The translations under genes were made by a program, and so were the position numbers. From the human T2T-CHM13v2.0 reference genome, Homo sapiens, in the NCBI GenBank assembly GCA_009914755.4, contig CP068257.2, forward strand, positions 10,144,001 through 10,208,000: a DNA stretch of 64,000 nucleotides. The letters are read 5' to 3'. The notes beneath the pieces are model-generated. The model saw only the letters and a program-made list of their open reading frames with translations, was not told where the DNA came from and made no database searches. This document shows, piece after piece, positions 1 to 17,885 of the stretch (positions are counted from its first letter, which is position 1; each line of letters opens with the position of its first letter).

Positions 1-3000
1 TGCTTCTGTGTAGTTTTTATTTGAAGATATTTTCTTTTCCACCATGGGTCACAAAGGGCTCCTAATACCCACTTGCAGATTCTACAAAAAGAGAGATTCA
101 AAAAGGCTCAATCAAAAGATAGGCTCTCCCCTGTGAGTTGAATGCACACATCACAAAGTAGTTTCTGAGAAGGCTTCTGTGTAGTTTTTATTTGAAGATA
201 TTTCCTTTTCCACAATAGGCCTCAAAGCTCTCCAAATATCCACTTGCTAATTCTTCAAAAAGATCGCTTCAACACTGCTCTATAAAAAGGAAGTTTCAAC
301 TCCATTAGATGACTGCACACATCACAAAGAAGTTTCTCAGAATGCCTCTGTGTAGTTTTTATGTAAAGATATTTCCTTTTCCACAATAGGCGTCAAAGGC
401 CTCCAAATATCTACTTGCAGAATCTTCAAAAAGAGTGTTTCAAAAGTGCTCAATCAAAAGAAAATTTAAACTCCGTGAGATGAATGCATACATCACAAAG
501 AAGGTTCTGAGAATGCTTCTGTCTTGTTTTTATGTGAAGATATTTGATTCTCCACTGTAGGCAACAAAGCGCTCCAAATATCCACTTTCAGATTCTACAA
601 AAAGAGTGTTTTGAAACTGCTCAACCATAAGATAGGTTCAACCTTGTGAGATGAATGCACACAACACAAAGTAGTTTCTCAGAATGTTTTTGTGTAGTTT
701 TTATTTGAAGATATTTCCTTTTCCACCATAGGCCACAAAGGGCTCCAAACTTCCACTTGCAGATTCTACAAAAAGAGAGATTCAAAACTGTTCAATCAAA
801 AGATAGTTTCAACTCTGCGTGTTGAATGCACACATCACAAAGAAGTTTCTCTGAATGCTTCTGTGTTGTGTTTGTTTATGTGAAGATATTTGCTTTTCCA
901 CTATAGGACGAAATAGGGCTCCAAATATCCACTTGCAGATTCTGCAAAAAGGGAGATTCAAAACTGTGCAATCAAAAGATAAGTTCTACTATGTGAGTTG
1001 AAGGCACACAAAACAAAGAAGCTTCTCAGAATGCCTCTGTGTAGTTTTTATGTGAATATATTTGATTTTCCACAGCAGGCCTCAAAGGGCTCCAAATATC
1101 CACTTTCAGATTCTGAAATAAGAGAGATTCAAAACTGCTCAATCAAATGATAGGTTCAACTCAGTGAGTTGAATGCACACCTCACAAAGAAGTTTTTCAT
1201 AAAGTTTCTGTGTAGTTTTTATGTGAAGACATCTCCTTCTCCAAAATAGGCTTCAAAGACCTCCAAATATGCACTTCCAGATTCTATGAAAAGAGTGTTT
1301 CAAAACTGCTCAATCCAAAGAAATGTTCAACACTGTGTGATGAATGCCCTCATCACAAAGAAGTTTCTCTGAATGCTTCTGTGTATTTTGTATTTGAAGA
1401 TGATATTTCCTTTTCCACCATAGGGCTCATAGGGTTCCAAATATCCACTTGCAGATTCTACAAAAAGAGTGTTCCAAAACTGCTCAATCAAAAGAAACGC
1501 CCAACACTGTGAGATGAATGCACACATCAAAAAGTAGTTTCTCAGAATGCTTCTGTGTAGTTTTTATGTGAAGACATTTGCTTTTCCACAGAAGGTCTCA
1601 AAGTGCTCCAAATATCCACTTGCAGATTCTACAAAATGAGTGTTTAAAAACTGCTCAATCATTAGATAGGTTCAACCCTGTGAGATGAATCCACACATAA
1701 CAAAGTAGTTTTTCAGAATGTTTCTATGTAGTTTTTATTTGAAGGTATTTCCTTTTCCAACATAAGTCGCAAGGGGCTCCAAATATCCACTTGCAGATTC
1801 TACAAAAAGAGTGTTTCAAAACTGCTCCATCAAACGAACAGTTCAACTCTGTGTGATGAATGCACTCACCACAAGGAAGTTTCTCTGAATGCTTCTGTGT
1901 ATTATTTATATGAAAATATTTCCTTTTCCACCATGGGCCGCAAAGGGCTCCAAATATCCACTTGCAGATTCTACAAAAAGGGAGATTCAAAACTGCTCAA
2001 TTAAAAGATAGGTTCCACTCTGTGAGTTGAAAGTACAAATGACAAAGGAGTTTCTCAGAATGCTTTTGTGCAGTTTTTTGGGAAGATATTTGATTTCCAC
2101 AGTAGGCTTCAAAGCCCTCTGAATATCCTCCTGCAGATTCTGCAAAAATAGAGATTCAAAACTGCTCAATCAAAAGATAGGTTAAACTCTGTGAGTTGAA
2201 TGCACACATTAAAAAAAGTTTCTCAGAATGCTTCTGTGTAGTTTTTTTGTGAAGATATTTGATTTTCCAGAGTACGCATCAAGTCGCTCCAAATATCCAC
2301 TTGCAGATTCTATAATGAGTTTTTCAAAACTACTCAATCAAACGTAACGTTCAATTCTGTGTGACAAATGCACACATCACAAAGAATTTTCTCAGAATGA
2401 TTCTGTGTAGTTCTTATGGGAAGACATTTCCTTTTCCAACATCTGCCACAAAGGGCTCCACCTCTGCGAGTTGAATGCACTCATCACAAACAGATTCTCA
2501 GAATGCTTCTGTGTAGATTTATGGGAAGATATTTCCTTTTCCACCATAGGCTTCAAAGTGCTCCAAATATTCACTTGCAGTTTTGACAAAGATAGAATTT
2601 CACAACTGCTCAAACAAAAGAAAGGTTCAACTCTCTGAGATGAAAGCACACATCAAAAAGAAGTTTCTCAGAAGCTTTCTGTGTAGTTTTTATGTGAAGA
2701 TATTTCCTTTTCCACCATAGCCCTCAAAGATCTCCAAATATCCACTTACAGATTGTACAAAAAGAGAGGTTCAAACTGGTCTATAAGAAGATACATTCAA
2801 CTCTTTGAGTTGAATGCACACATCACAAATAAGTTTCTCAGAATGATACTGTGCAGTTTTTATGTGAAGATATTTCCTTTTCCACCATAGGCTGCAAAGG
2901 GCTCCAAATATCCACTTGCAGATTCTACAAAAAGAGAGTTTCAAAACTGCTCTATCAAAATACATGTTCAACTCTCTGATATGAATGCACACATCACAAA

Positions 3001-3999
3001 GAAATTTCTCAGAATGCCCCTTTGTAGTTTTTATGTGAAGATATTTCCTTTTACACAGTAGATCCCAAAGCGCTCCATATATCCACTTGCAGATACTACA
3101 AAAAGAGTGTTCCCAAACTGCTCAATCAAAGAGAGGTTCCACCCTGTGAGATAAATGCACACATCACAAAAAAGTTTCTCAGAATATCTCTGTGTAGTTT
3201 TCATGTGAAGATAATTCCTTTTCCACTGTAGGCCTCAAAGCGCTTCAGATATCCACTTGCAGGTTCTACAAAAAGAGTGTTTCAAAACTGCTCAATAAAA
3301 AGAAAGGTTCAGCTCTAAGAGATGAATGCGCACATCACAAAGAAGTTACTCAGAATGCTTCTGTGTAGTTTTTATGCTGAAGATATTTCCTTTTCCACAA
3401 TAGGCCTCAAAGCTCTCCAAGTATCCACTTGCAGATTTTAATAAAATAGAGTTTCCAAACTGCTCAATCAAAAGAGAGGTTCACCTCTGTGAGATGAATG
3501 CCCACATCACAAAGAATTTTCTCAGAATGCTTCTGTGTAGTTTTTATGAGATGATATTTCCTTTTCCAAAATGAGCCACAAAGGGCTCCAAATGTCCATT
3601 TGCAGATTCTACATAAAGAGGGTATCAAAACTGCTCAGTAAAAGGAAAGGTTTAACTCTTTGAGATGAACGCACACGTAACAAAGAAGTTTCTGAGAATG
3701 CATCCTTGTAGTTTTTATGGAAAGATATCTCCTTTTCCACCATCGGCCACATGTGGCTCCAAGTATCCACTTTGAGATCATATGAAAAGAGTGTTTCAAA
3801 ACATTTCAATCTAATGCAATATTCAACACTGTGAAATGAATGCACACATCAGAAATAAGTTTCTCAGAATGCTTCTGTGTGGTTTTTAGGTGAAGATATT
3901 TCCTTTTCCACCATAGGCAACAAAGGGCTCCAAATATGCACTTGGAGATTCTACATAAAGAGAGTTTCAAAACTGCTCTATGAAAAGATGGGTTCAGGT
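1..3999 (-). repeat. Alpha satellite (alphoid) monomeric array, about 23 monomers of ~171 bp, reverse-complement orientation relative to the standard consensus
   Basis: Each ~171 bp repeats the reverse complement of the alphoid consensus, e.g. ttcacataaaaactacacagaagcattctgagaaact... / ...ccaaatatccacttgcagattctacaaaaagag...tgtgagttgaatgcacacatcacaaag. Monomers are roughly 10-25% diverged from each other. Confidence 0.97.
3984..3998. repeat. 5' target-site duplication of the full-length L1 (AAAAGATGGGTTCAG)
   Basis: aaaagatgggttcag sits immediately before the L1 5' end and is repeated at 9998-10012 after the L1 poly-A. Confidence 0.9.
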
Positions 4000-4902
4000 T
4001 GGGGAGGAGCCAAGATGGTCGAATAGGAATAGCTCTGGTCTACAGCTCCCAGCGTGAGTGACACAGAAGACAGGTGATTTCTGCATTTCCATCTGAGGTA
4101 CCAGGTTCATCTCACTAGGGAGTGCCAGAGAGTGGGCGCAGGTCAGTGGGTGTACGCACCATGCATGAGCCAAAGCAGGGCAAGGCATTGCCTCACTCAG
4201 GAAGTGCAAGGGGTCAGGGAGTTCCCTTTCCTAGTCAAAGAAAGGGGTGACAGACAGTACCTGGAAAGTCGGGTCACTCCCATCCAAATACTGCACTTTT
4301 CCGATAGGTTTAAAAAACGGCACACCACGAGATTATATCCTGCACATGGCTCAGAGGGTCCTACTCCCAAGGAGTCTCACTGATTGCTAGCACAGCAGTC
4401 TGAGATCAAACTGCAAGGCAGCAGCGAGGCTGGGGGAGGGGTGCCCGCCATTGTCCAGGCTTGCTTAGGTAAACAAAGCAGCCAGGAAGCTGGAACTGGG
4501 TGGAGCCCACCACAGCTCAAGGAGGCCTGCCTGTCTCTGTGAGCTCCACCTCTGGGGGCAGGGCACAGACAAACAAAAAGACAGCAGAAACCTCTGCAGA
4601 TTTAAATGTCCCTGTCTGACAGCTTTGAAGAGAGCAGTGGTTCTCCCAGTACGCAGCTGGAGATCTGAGAAGGGACAGACTGCCTCCTCAAGTGGGTGCC
4701 TGACCCCTGACCCCCAGCAGCCTAACTGGGAGGCACCCCCCAACAGGGGCACATTGACACTTCATATGGCAGGGTACTCCAACAGAACTGCAGCTGAGGG
4801 TCCTGTCTGTTAGAAGGAAAACTAACAAACAGAAAGGACACCCACACCAAAAACCCATCTGTACATCACCATCAAAGACCAAAAGTAGCTAAAACCACAA
4901 AG
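4000..4902 (+). promoter_or_regulatory. L1 5'UTR (carries the internal sense and antisense promoter in active L1s); activity of this copy unknown
   Basis: ~900 bp between the L1 5' end and the ORF1 ATG at 4903. The sequence is collinear with the L1PA 5'UTR. Confidence 0.7.
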
Positions 4903-5878
4903 ATGGGGCAAAAACAGAACAGAAAAACTGGAAACTCTAAAAAGCAGAGCGCCTCTCCTCCTCCAAAGGAACGCAGTTCCTCACCAGCAACAGAACAAAG
5001 CTGGACGGAGAATGACTTTGACAAGCTGAGAGAAGAAGGCTTCAGACAATCAAATTACTCAGAGCTACGGGAGGACATTCAAACCAAAGGCAAATAAGTT
5101 GAAAACTTTGAAAAAAATTTAGAAGAATGAATAACTAGAATAACCAATACAGAGAAGTGCTTAAAGGAGCTCATGGACCTGAAAACCAAGGCTCAAGTAC
5201 TATGTGAAGAATGCAGAAGCCTCAGGAGCTGATGTGATCAACTGGAAGAAAGGGCATCAGTGATGGAAGATGAAATGAATGAAATGAAGTGAGAAGGGAA
5301 GTTTAGAGAAAAAAGAATAAAAAGAAATGAGCAAAGCCTCCAAGAAATATGGGAGTAGGTGAAAAGACCAAATCTACGTCTGATTGGTGTATCTGAAAAT
5401 GATGGGGAGAATGGAACCAAATTGGAAAACACTCTGCAGGATATTATCCAGAAGTTCCCCATTCTAGCAAGGCAGTCCAACATTCAGATTCAGAAAATAC
5501 AGAGAATGCCACAAAGATACTCCTTAAGAAGAGCAACTCCAAGACACATAATTGTCAGATTCACCAAAGTTGAAATGAAGGAAAAAATGCTAAGGGCAGG
5601 CAGAGAGAAAGGTCGGGTTACCCTCAAAGGGAAGCCCATCAGACTAACAGCGGATCTCTCAGCAGAAACCCTACAAACCAGAAGAGAGTGGGGGCCAATA
5701 TTCAACATTCTTAAAGAAAAGAATTTTCAACACAGAATTTCATATCCAGCCAAACTAAGCTTCCTAAGTGAAAGAGAAATAAAATACTTTACAGACAAGC
5801 AAATGCTGAGAGATTTTGTCACCACCAGGCCTGCCCTAAAAGAGCTCCTGAAGGAAGCGCTAAACATGGAAAGGAACA
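4903..5878 (+). pseudogene. L1 ORF1 remnant (ORF1p, RNA-binding chaperone), disrupted by nonsense mutations
   Basis: The ORF starts MGQKQNRKTGNSKKQ... and hits a premature TAA at 5098-5100, where GAA has become TAA in ...QTKGK*. Further in-frame stops follow, e.g. tga in ggagctgatgtgatcaactgg, which is a CpG-to-TpG change. The C-terminal part is recognisable in another frame (MKRPNLRLIGVSENDGENGTKLENTLQDIIQ...). Confidence 0.9.
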
Positions 5879-9679
<3,801 letters not shown>

Positions 9680-9996
9680 ACAATGAGATCACATGGACAC
9701 AGGAAGGGGAACATCACACTCTGGGGACTGATGAGGGGTGGGGGGAGGGGGGAGGGATAGCATTAGGAGATATACCTAATGCTAGATGACAAGTTAGTGG
9801 GTGCAGTGCACCAGCATGGCACATGTATACATATGTAACTAACCTGCACAATGTGCACATGTACCCTAAAACTTACAGTATAATAATAAAAGAAAAAAAC
9901 TTAAACCAAAAAAAATTTTAGCAAGTTTTAAATCAATTTACTACCTGTATTTTAGGTTAAATAAAATTAAATCCGCAATTAAAAAAAAAAAGAAAA
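9680..9996 (+). other. L1 3'UTR (9680 to ~9900), then ~85 bp of non-L1 A/T-rich sequence (possible short 3' transduction or degenerate tail, 9901-9980) and a poly-A (9981-9996)
   Basis: The canonical L1 3' end ...acatgtaccctaaaacttacagtataataataaaagaaaaaaa is followed by cttaaaccaaaaaaaattttagcaagttttaaatcaatttactacctgtattttaggttaaataaaattaaatccgcaatt, then a10 agaaaag, then the TSD. Confidence 0.6.
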
Positions 9997-12900
9997 GAAA
10001 AGATGGGTTCAGCTCTGTGAGTTGAATGCACACATCACAAAGAAGTTTCTCAGAATGCTTCTGTGTATTTTTTTGTGTGAAGATATTTCCTTTTCCACAA
10101 TGGACCTCAAAGCGCTCCAAATATCCACTTGTAGAATCTACAAAAGAGTGTTTCAAAACTGCTCAATAAATTGAATTGTTCAAGTCTGTCAGGTAAATGC
10201 ACACATCACAAAGTAGTTTCCCAGAATGCATCTGTGTAGTTTTTATGGGAAGATATTTTCTTTTTCACGATCGGCCACAAATGGCTCCAAATAACCACCT
10301 GCATTTTCTACAAAGAGAGTTTCAAAACTGCTCTATCAAAAGATAAGTTAAACTCGGTGAGTTGAATGCACACATCACAAAGAAGTTTCACAGAACGCTT
10401 CTGTGTAGTTTTTATGGGAAGATATTTCCTTTTCCACCATAAGCCTCAAAGCGCTCCAAATATCCAAGTGGAGATTAAAAAAAAAAAAAAGAGTGTTTCA
10501 CAACTGCTCAATGAATTGCAAGGTTCAACACTGTAAGATGAACACACACATCACAAAGAAGTTACTTCTAATGATTCTTGGTCGTTTTTATGGAAAGATA
10601 TTTCATTGTCCACCACCGGCCACAAAGAGCTCCAAATAACCAGTTGCAGATTCAACAAAAAGAGAGTTTCAAAACTGTTCTATCAAAAGAAAGGTTCAAC
10701 TTTGTGAGTTGAATGCACACATCACAAAGAAGATTCTCAGTATGCTTCTGTGTAGTTTTTATGTGAAAATATTACTTTTTCCGGGTTTCAAAACTGCTCT
10801 ATGAATAGATAGTTTCAGCTCTCTTAGATGAATGCACACATCATGAAGAAGTTTCTCAGAATTATTACTCCATGTAGTTTTTTTGTGAAGATATTTTTTA
10901 TTCCACTATAGGCCTCAAAGCGCTCCAAATATCCACTTGCAGTTTCTACAGAAAGAGTGTCTAAAAACTGCTCAATCAAGAGAAAATTTCAAATGTGTGA
11001 GATGCATGCACACATCACAAAGAAGTTTCTCAGAATGCTTCTGTGTAGTTTTTACGTGAAGACATTTCCTTTTCCATAATTGACCTGAAATCGCTCCAAA
11101 TATCCTCTTGCAGATTCTACAAAAAGAGTGTTTCAAAACTGCTCAATCACAAGAAAGGTTCAACTCTGTGAGACGAATGCACACATTACAAAGAAGTTTC
11201 TCAGAATACTTCTGTGTAGTTTTTAAAGTGAAGATATTTCCATTTCCACATTAGGCCTGAAAGAGCTCCAAATATCCACTTGAGGGTTCTACAAAAAGAG
11301 TGTTTCCAAACTGCTCACTCAAAAGAGAGATTCAACTCTGTGAGATGAAAGCACACATCACAAAGAAGTTTCTCAGAATGCTTCTGCGTAGTTTTTATGT
11401 GGAGATATTTCCTTTTCCACCATTGGCCACAAAGGACTCCAAATATCCATTGCAGATACTACAAAAAGAGAGTTTCGAAACTTCTCTATCAAAAGATAGG
11501 TTCAGCTCTGTGAGATGAATGCACACATCTCAAAGTAATTTCTCAGAATGCTTCTGTATAGTATTTATGTGAAAATATTTCCTTTTCCACATTAGGCCTC
11601 AAAGTGCTCCAAATATCCACTTGCAGATTCTACAAAAAGACTGCTTCAAAACCACTCAATCAAAAAAATGTTTCAACTCTGAGTGATGAATACACACATC
11701 ACAAAGTTGTTTCTCAGAATACTTCTGTGTCATTTTTATGTGAAGATATATCCTTTTCCACAAAAGGCCTTCAAGGACTTCAAATATCCACTTGCAGATC
11801 CTACTAAAAGCGTGTTTCCAAACTGCCCAATCAAAAGAAAAGTTCAACTCTGTGAGAGGAATGGACACATCACAAAGAATTTTCTCAGAATGCTCCTGTG
11901 TTGTTTTTATGTGAAGCTATTTCCTTTTCCAAAATAGGACCCAAACCGCTCCAAATATCCACTTGCAGATTCTCCAAAAAGACTATTTGAGAACTGCTCA
12001 ATCAATTGAAATGTTCAACTCAGTGAGACGAATGCACACATCACAGCGAAGCTCCTCAGAAGGCCTCTGTGTAGTTTTTCTGTGAAGATATTTCCATTTG
12101 CACAATAGGCCTCAAAGCGCTCCAAATATCCACTTTCAGATTCTACAAAAAGAGTGTTTCCGAACAGCTCAATCAACAGAGAGATTCAACTCTGTGAGAT
12201 GAATGCACACATCACAAAGTAGTTTCCCATAATTCTTCTCTGTAGTTTTTACGTGAAGATAAATCCTTTTCCACCATAGGCTGCAAAGGGCTCCAAATAT
12301 CCACTTGCAGATTCTAAAAAAAGAGAGTTTCAAAACTGCTCTATCAAAAGATAAATTCAACCCCGTGAATTGAATGCACACATAACAAAGAAGTTTCTCA
12401 GAATGCTTCTGTGTAGTTTTTATGTTAAGATATTACCTTTTAGACAATAGGCTCAAAGAGCTCCAGTTATCTACTTGCAGGTTCTACAAAAAGAGTGTTT
12501 CCCAACTGCTCAATCAAAGAGAGGTTCAACTCTTTGGGATGAATGTGCACATCACAAACTAGTTTCTCAGAATTTTTCTCTGTAGTTTTTAGGTGAAGAT
12601 ATATCCTTTTCCACCATAGACTGCAAAGGGCCCCAAATATCCACCTGCAGATTCTACAAAAAGAGAGTTTGAAAACTGCTTAAAAAAAAGATAGGTTCAA
12701 CTCTGTGAGATGAATGCACACATCACAAAGAAGTTTCTCAGAATGTTTCTATGTAGTTTTTATGTGAAGATATTTCCTTTTCCACCATAGGCCACAAAGG
12801 ACTCTTAACATCCACTTGCAGGTTCTACAAAAAGAGAGTTTCAAAACTGCTCTACCAAAAGATAGGTTCAACTCTGTGAGGTGATTGCACATATCTCAAA

Positions 12901-15900
12901 GAAATTTCTCAGAATGCTTCTGTCTAGTTTTTACGTGAAGATATTTCCTTTTAAACCAGAGGCCTCAAAGTGCTCAAAATATCCACCTGGAGATCCTATG
13001 AAAAGAGTGTTTCAAAACATCTCTATCAAAGGAAATGTTCAACTCTGTGTGTTGAATGCACACATCACAAAGTAGTTTCTCAGAATGTTTCTGTGTAGTT
13101 TTTATGTGAAGATATTTCGTTTTCCACCGTAAGCCACAAAGGGCTCCAAATATTCACTTGCAGATACTACAAAAAGAGAATTTCAAAACAGCTCTATCAA
13201 AAGATAGGTTCAACACTGTGAGATGAATACATACATCACAAAGAAGTTTCTAATAATCCTTCCGTGTAGCTTTTATGAGAAGATATTTCCTTTACTGCCA
13301 TGTGACACAAAGCACTCAAAATATCCACTTGCAGATCCTATAAAAAGAGTGTTTCAAAACTGCTTAATCAAAGGAAGTTTCTACACTGTGAGATGAATGC
13401 ACACATCACAAAAAAATTTCTCAGAATGCTTCTGTGTAGTTTTTATTGGAAGATAATCCCTTTTCCACCATAGGCAGAAAAGGGCTCAAATACCCACTTG
13501 CAGATTCTACAGAAACAGAGTTTTGAAACTTCTCTATCAAAAGATAGGTTCAACTCTGTGAGATGTATGCACACATCACAAAGAAGTTTCTCAGAATGCT
13601 TCTATGTAGTTTTTATATGAAGATATTTCCTTTTCCACAATAGGCCTCAAAAGACTCCAAATATCCACTTGCAGATACTAGAAAAATAGTGTTTCAAAAA
13701 TGCTTAATCAAATGAAAGGTTCAACTCTGTGAGATGAAGACAAACATCACAAAGTAGTTTTTCAGAATGCTTCTGTTTATTTTTTATGGGAAGATATTTC
13801 TTTTTCCACCATCTGCCGCAAAGGGCGCAAAATAGCCACTTGCAGATTCTTCGAAAACACAGATAGAAGATTGCTCTATCAAAATATAGTTTCAACTCTG
13901 TGAGTTGAATGCCGACATCACAAAGAAGTTTCTCAGAATGCTTCTGTGTAGTTTTTATTTGAAGATGTTTCCTTTTCCTCCATTGGCTTCAAAGCGTAAC
14001 AAATATCCAATTGCACACTCTACAAAAAGAGAGTTTCAATACTGCTGTATCAAAAATAGGTTCAACTCTTTGAGTTGAATGCACACATCACAAATTAGTT
14101 TCTGAGAATTCTTCTGTGTTGTTTTTCTGTGAAGATATTTCCATTTCCACAATAGGACTCAAAGCGCTCCAAATATCCACTTTCAGGTTCTACAAAAAGA
14201 GTGTCTCCAAACAGCTCAATCAACAGAGAGACTCAACTCTGTGAGATGAATGCACACACCACAAAAAACTTTCTCAGAATGCTTCTGTGTATTTTTTATG
14301 TGAAGATATTTCCTTTTCCACCATAGGCCACAAAGGGCTCCAAATATCCAGTTGCATATTCTACATAAAGAGATTTTAAAAACTGCTCTATCAAAAGATA
14401 GGTTCAACCATGTGAGTTGAATACACACATCACAAAGAAGTTTCTCAGAATGCTTCTGTGTAGTTTTTAGGTTAAGATATTTCCTTTTCAACAATAGACC
14501 TCAAAGCGCTCCAATTATACACTTGCAGGTTCTACAAAAAGTGTTTCCCAACTGCTCAATCAAGGGGAAGTTCAACTCTGTGAGATGAATGCACACATCA
14601 CAAAGTAGTTTCTCAGAATTCTTCCCTGTATTTTATATGTGAAGATACATCCTTTTCCACCATAGTCCACAAAGGGCTCCAAATATACAGTTGCAGATTC
14701 TACTAAAAGAGAGTTTCAAAACTGCTCTATTAAAAGATAGGTTCAACTCTGTGAGATGATTGCACACATCACAAAGAAGTTTCTCAGAATGTTTCTGTGT
14801 AGTTTTTATGTGAAGATATTTCCTTTTCCACCATAGACCGCAAAGTGCTCTTAACATCCACTTGCAGGTTCTACAAAAAGTGAGTTTCAAAACTACTCTA
14901 TCAAAAGATAGGTTCAACTCTGTGAGATGATTGCACACATCAGAAAGGAATTTCTCAGAATGCTTCTGTGGAGTTTTTACGTGAAGATATTTCCTTTTAC
15001 ACCAGAGGCCTCAAAGTGCTCCAAATATCCACTTGGAGATTCTACGAAAAGAGTGTTTCAAAACTGCTCTATCAAAAGAAAGGTTCAACTCTGTGAGTTG
15101 AATGCACAAATCACAAAGAAGTTTCTCAGAATGCTTCTATGTAGTTTTTATGTGAAGATATTTCGTTTTCCACCATAGGCCACAAAGGGCTCCAAATATC
15201 CACTTGCAGATACTACAAAAAGAGAATTTCAAAACTGCTCTATCAAAAGAAAGGTTCAACACTGAGATGAATACATACATCACAAAGTAGTTACTCATAA
15301 TGCTTCTGTGTAGCTTTTATGTGAAGATATTTCCTTTTCCACCGTAGGCCTCAAAGCGCTCCAAATATCTTCTATCAGATTCTACAAAAAGAGGGTTTCA
15401 AAGCTGCTCAATCAAATGAAAGGTTCACAGCTGTGAGATGAATGCGCACATCACAAATGAGTTTCTCAGAATGCTTCTGTGTAGTTTTTATGTGAAGATA
15501 TTTCCTTTTCCAACATAGGACGCAAAGGGTTCCCAATATCCACTTGCAGATTCGACACAAAGAGAGTTTCAAAACTGCTCTATCAAAAGATAAGTTCAAC
15601 ACTGTGAGATGAATGCACACACCACAAAGAAGTTTCTCAGAATGCTTCTGTAGAGTTTTTATATGAAGATGTTTCCTTTTCCACCATAGGCTTCAAAGCG
15701 CTCCAAATATCCACTTGCAGATTCAACAAAAAGAGGGTTTCCAAACTGCTCAATCAAAAGAAAAGTTCAACTCTGTGAGATGAATGCACACATCACAAAG
15801 AAGTTTCTCAGAATGTTTCTGTGTAGTTTTTGTGTGAAGATATTTCCTTTTCCACCATAGGCCTCAAAGCACTCCAAATATCCACCTGCAGATTCTACAA

Positions 15901-16513
15901 AAAGAATGTTTCAAAACTGCTAAATCCAAAGAAAGCTTCAACTCTGTGAGATGAATGCACACATCACAAAGAAGTTTCTCAGAATGCTTCTGTGTAGATT
16001 TATGTGAAGACATTTCCTTTTCCATAATAGGCCTCAAAGCGCTCCAAATATCCACTTGCAGATTCTGCAAAAAGAGTGTTTCCGAACTGCTCAATGAAAA
16101 CAAAGTTTCAACTCTGTGAGATGAATGCACACATCACAACGGAGATTCTCAGAATGCTTCTGTGCAGTTGTTAGGTGAAGATATTTCCTTTTCCAACATA
16201 GGCCTCAAAGCGCTGCAACTATCCACATGCAGATTCTACAAAAGTGAGTTTCAAAACTGCTCTATCAAAAGATAGGTGCAACTGTAAGAGTTGAATGTAC
16301 GCATCACAAAGAAGTTTCTCAGAATGCTTCTGTGTAGTTTTTATGTGAAGATGTTTCCTTTTCCACCATAGACCTCAAAGCTCTCCTAATATCCACTTGC
16401 AGATTGTACAAAAAGATTGTTTCAAAACTGCTCATTCAAATGAAAGTTTCAACTCTGTGAGATGAATGCCCACATCACAAAGAAATTTCTCAGAATGCTT
16501 CTGTGTAGTTTTT
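9997..16513 (-). repeat. Alpha satellite monomeric array (continuation), about 38 monomers
   Basis: Same ~171-bp periodicity and orientation as 1-3999. Contains a 14-nt A-run at 10476-10490 and a ~60-bp intramonomer deletion near 10780-10800. Confidence 0.96.
9998..10012. repeat. 3' target-site duplication of the full-length L1 (AAAAGATGGGTTCAG)
   Basis: Identical 15-mer to 3984-3998. Alpha satellite resumes in phase after it (gctctgtgagttgaatgcacac). Confidence 0.9.

Positions 16514-17885
<1,372 letters not shown>

Noticed and set aside
10476-10490. 14-nt A-run inside an alpha monomer (also a13 at 33748-33760)
   Set aside because: Possibly a remnant of a tiny retrotransposition-associated tail, but no TSD or inserted sequence is recognisable. 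Most parsimoniously slippage expansion of the monomer's native a5-6 tract
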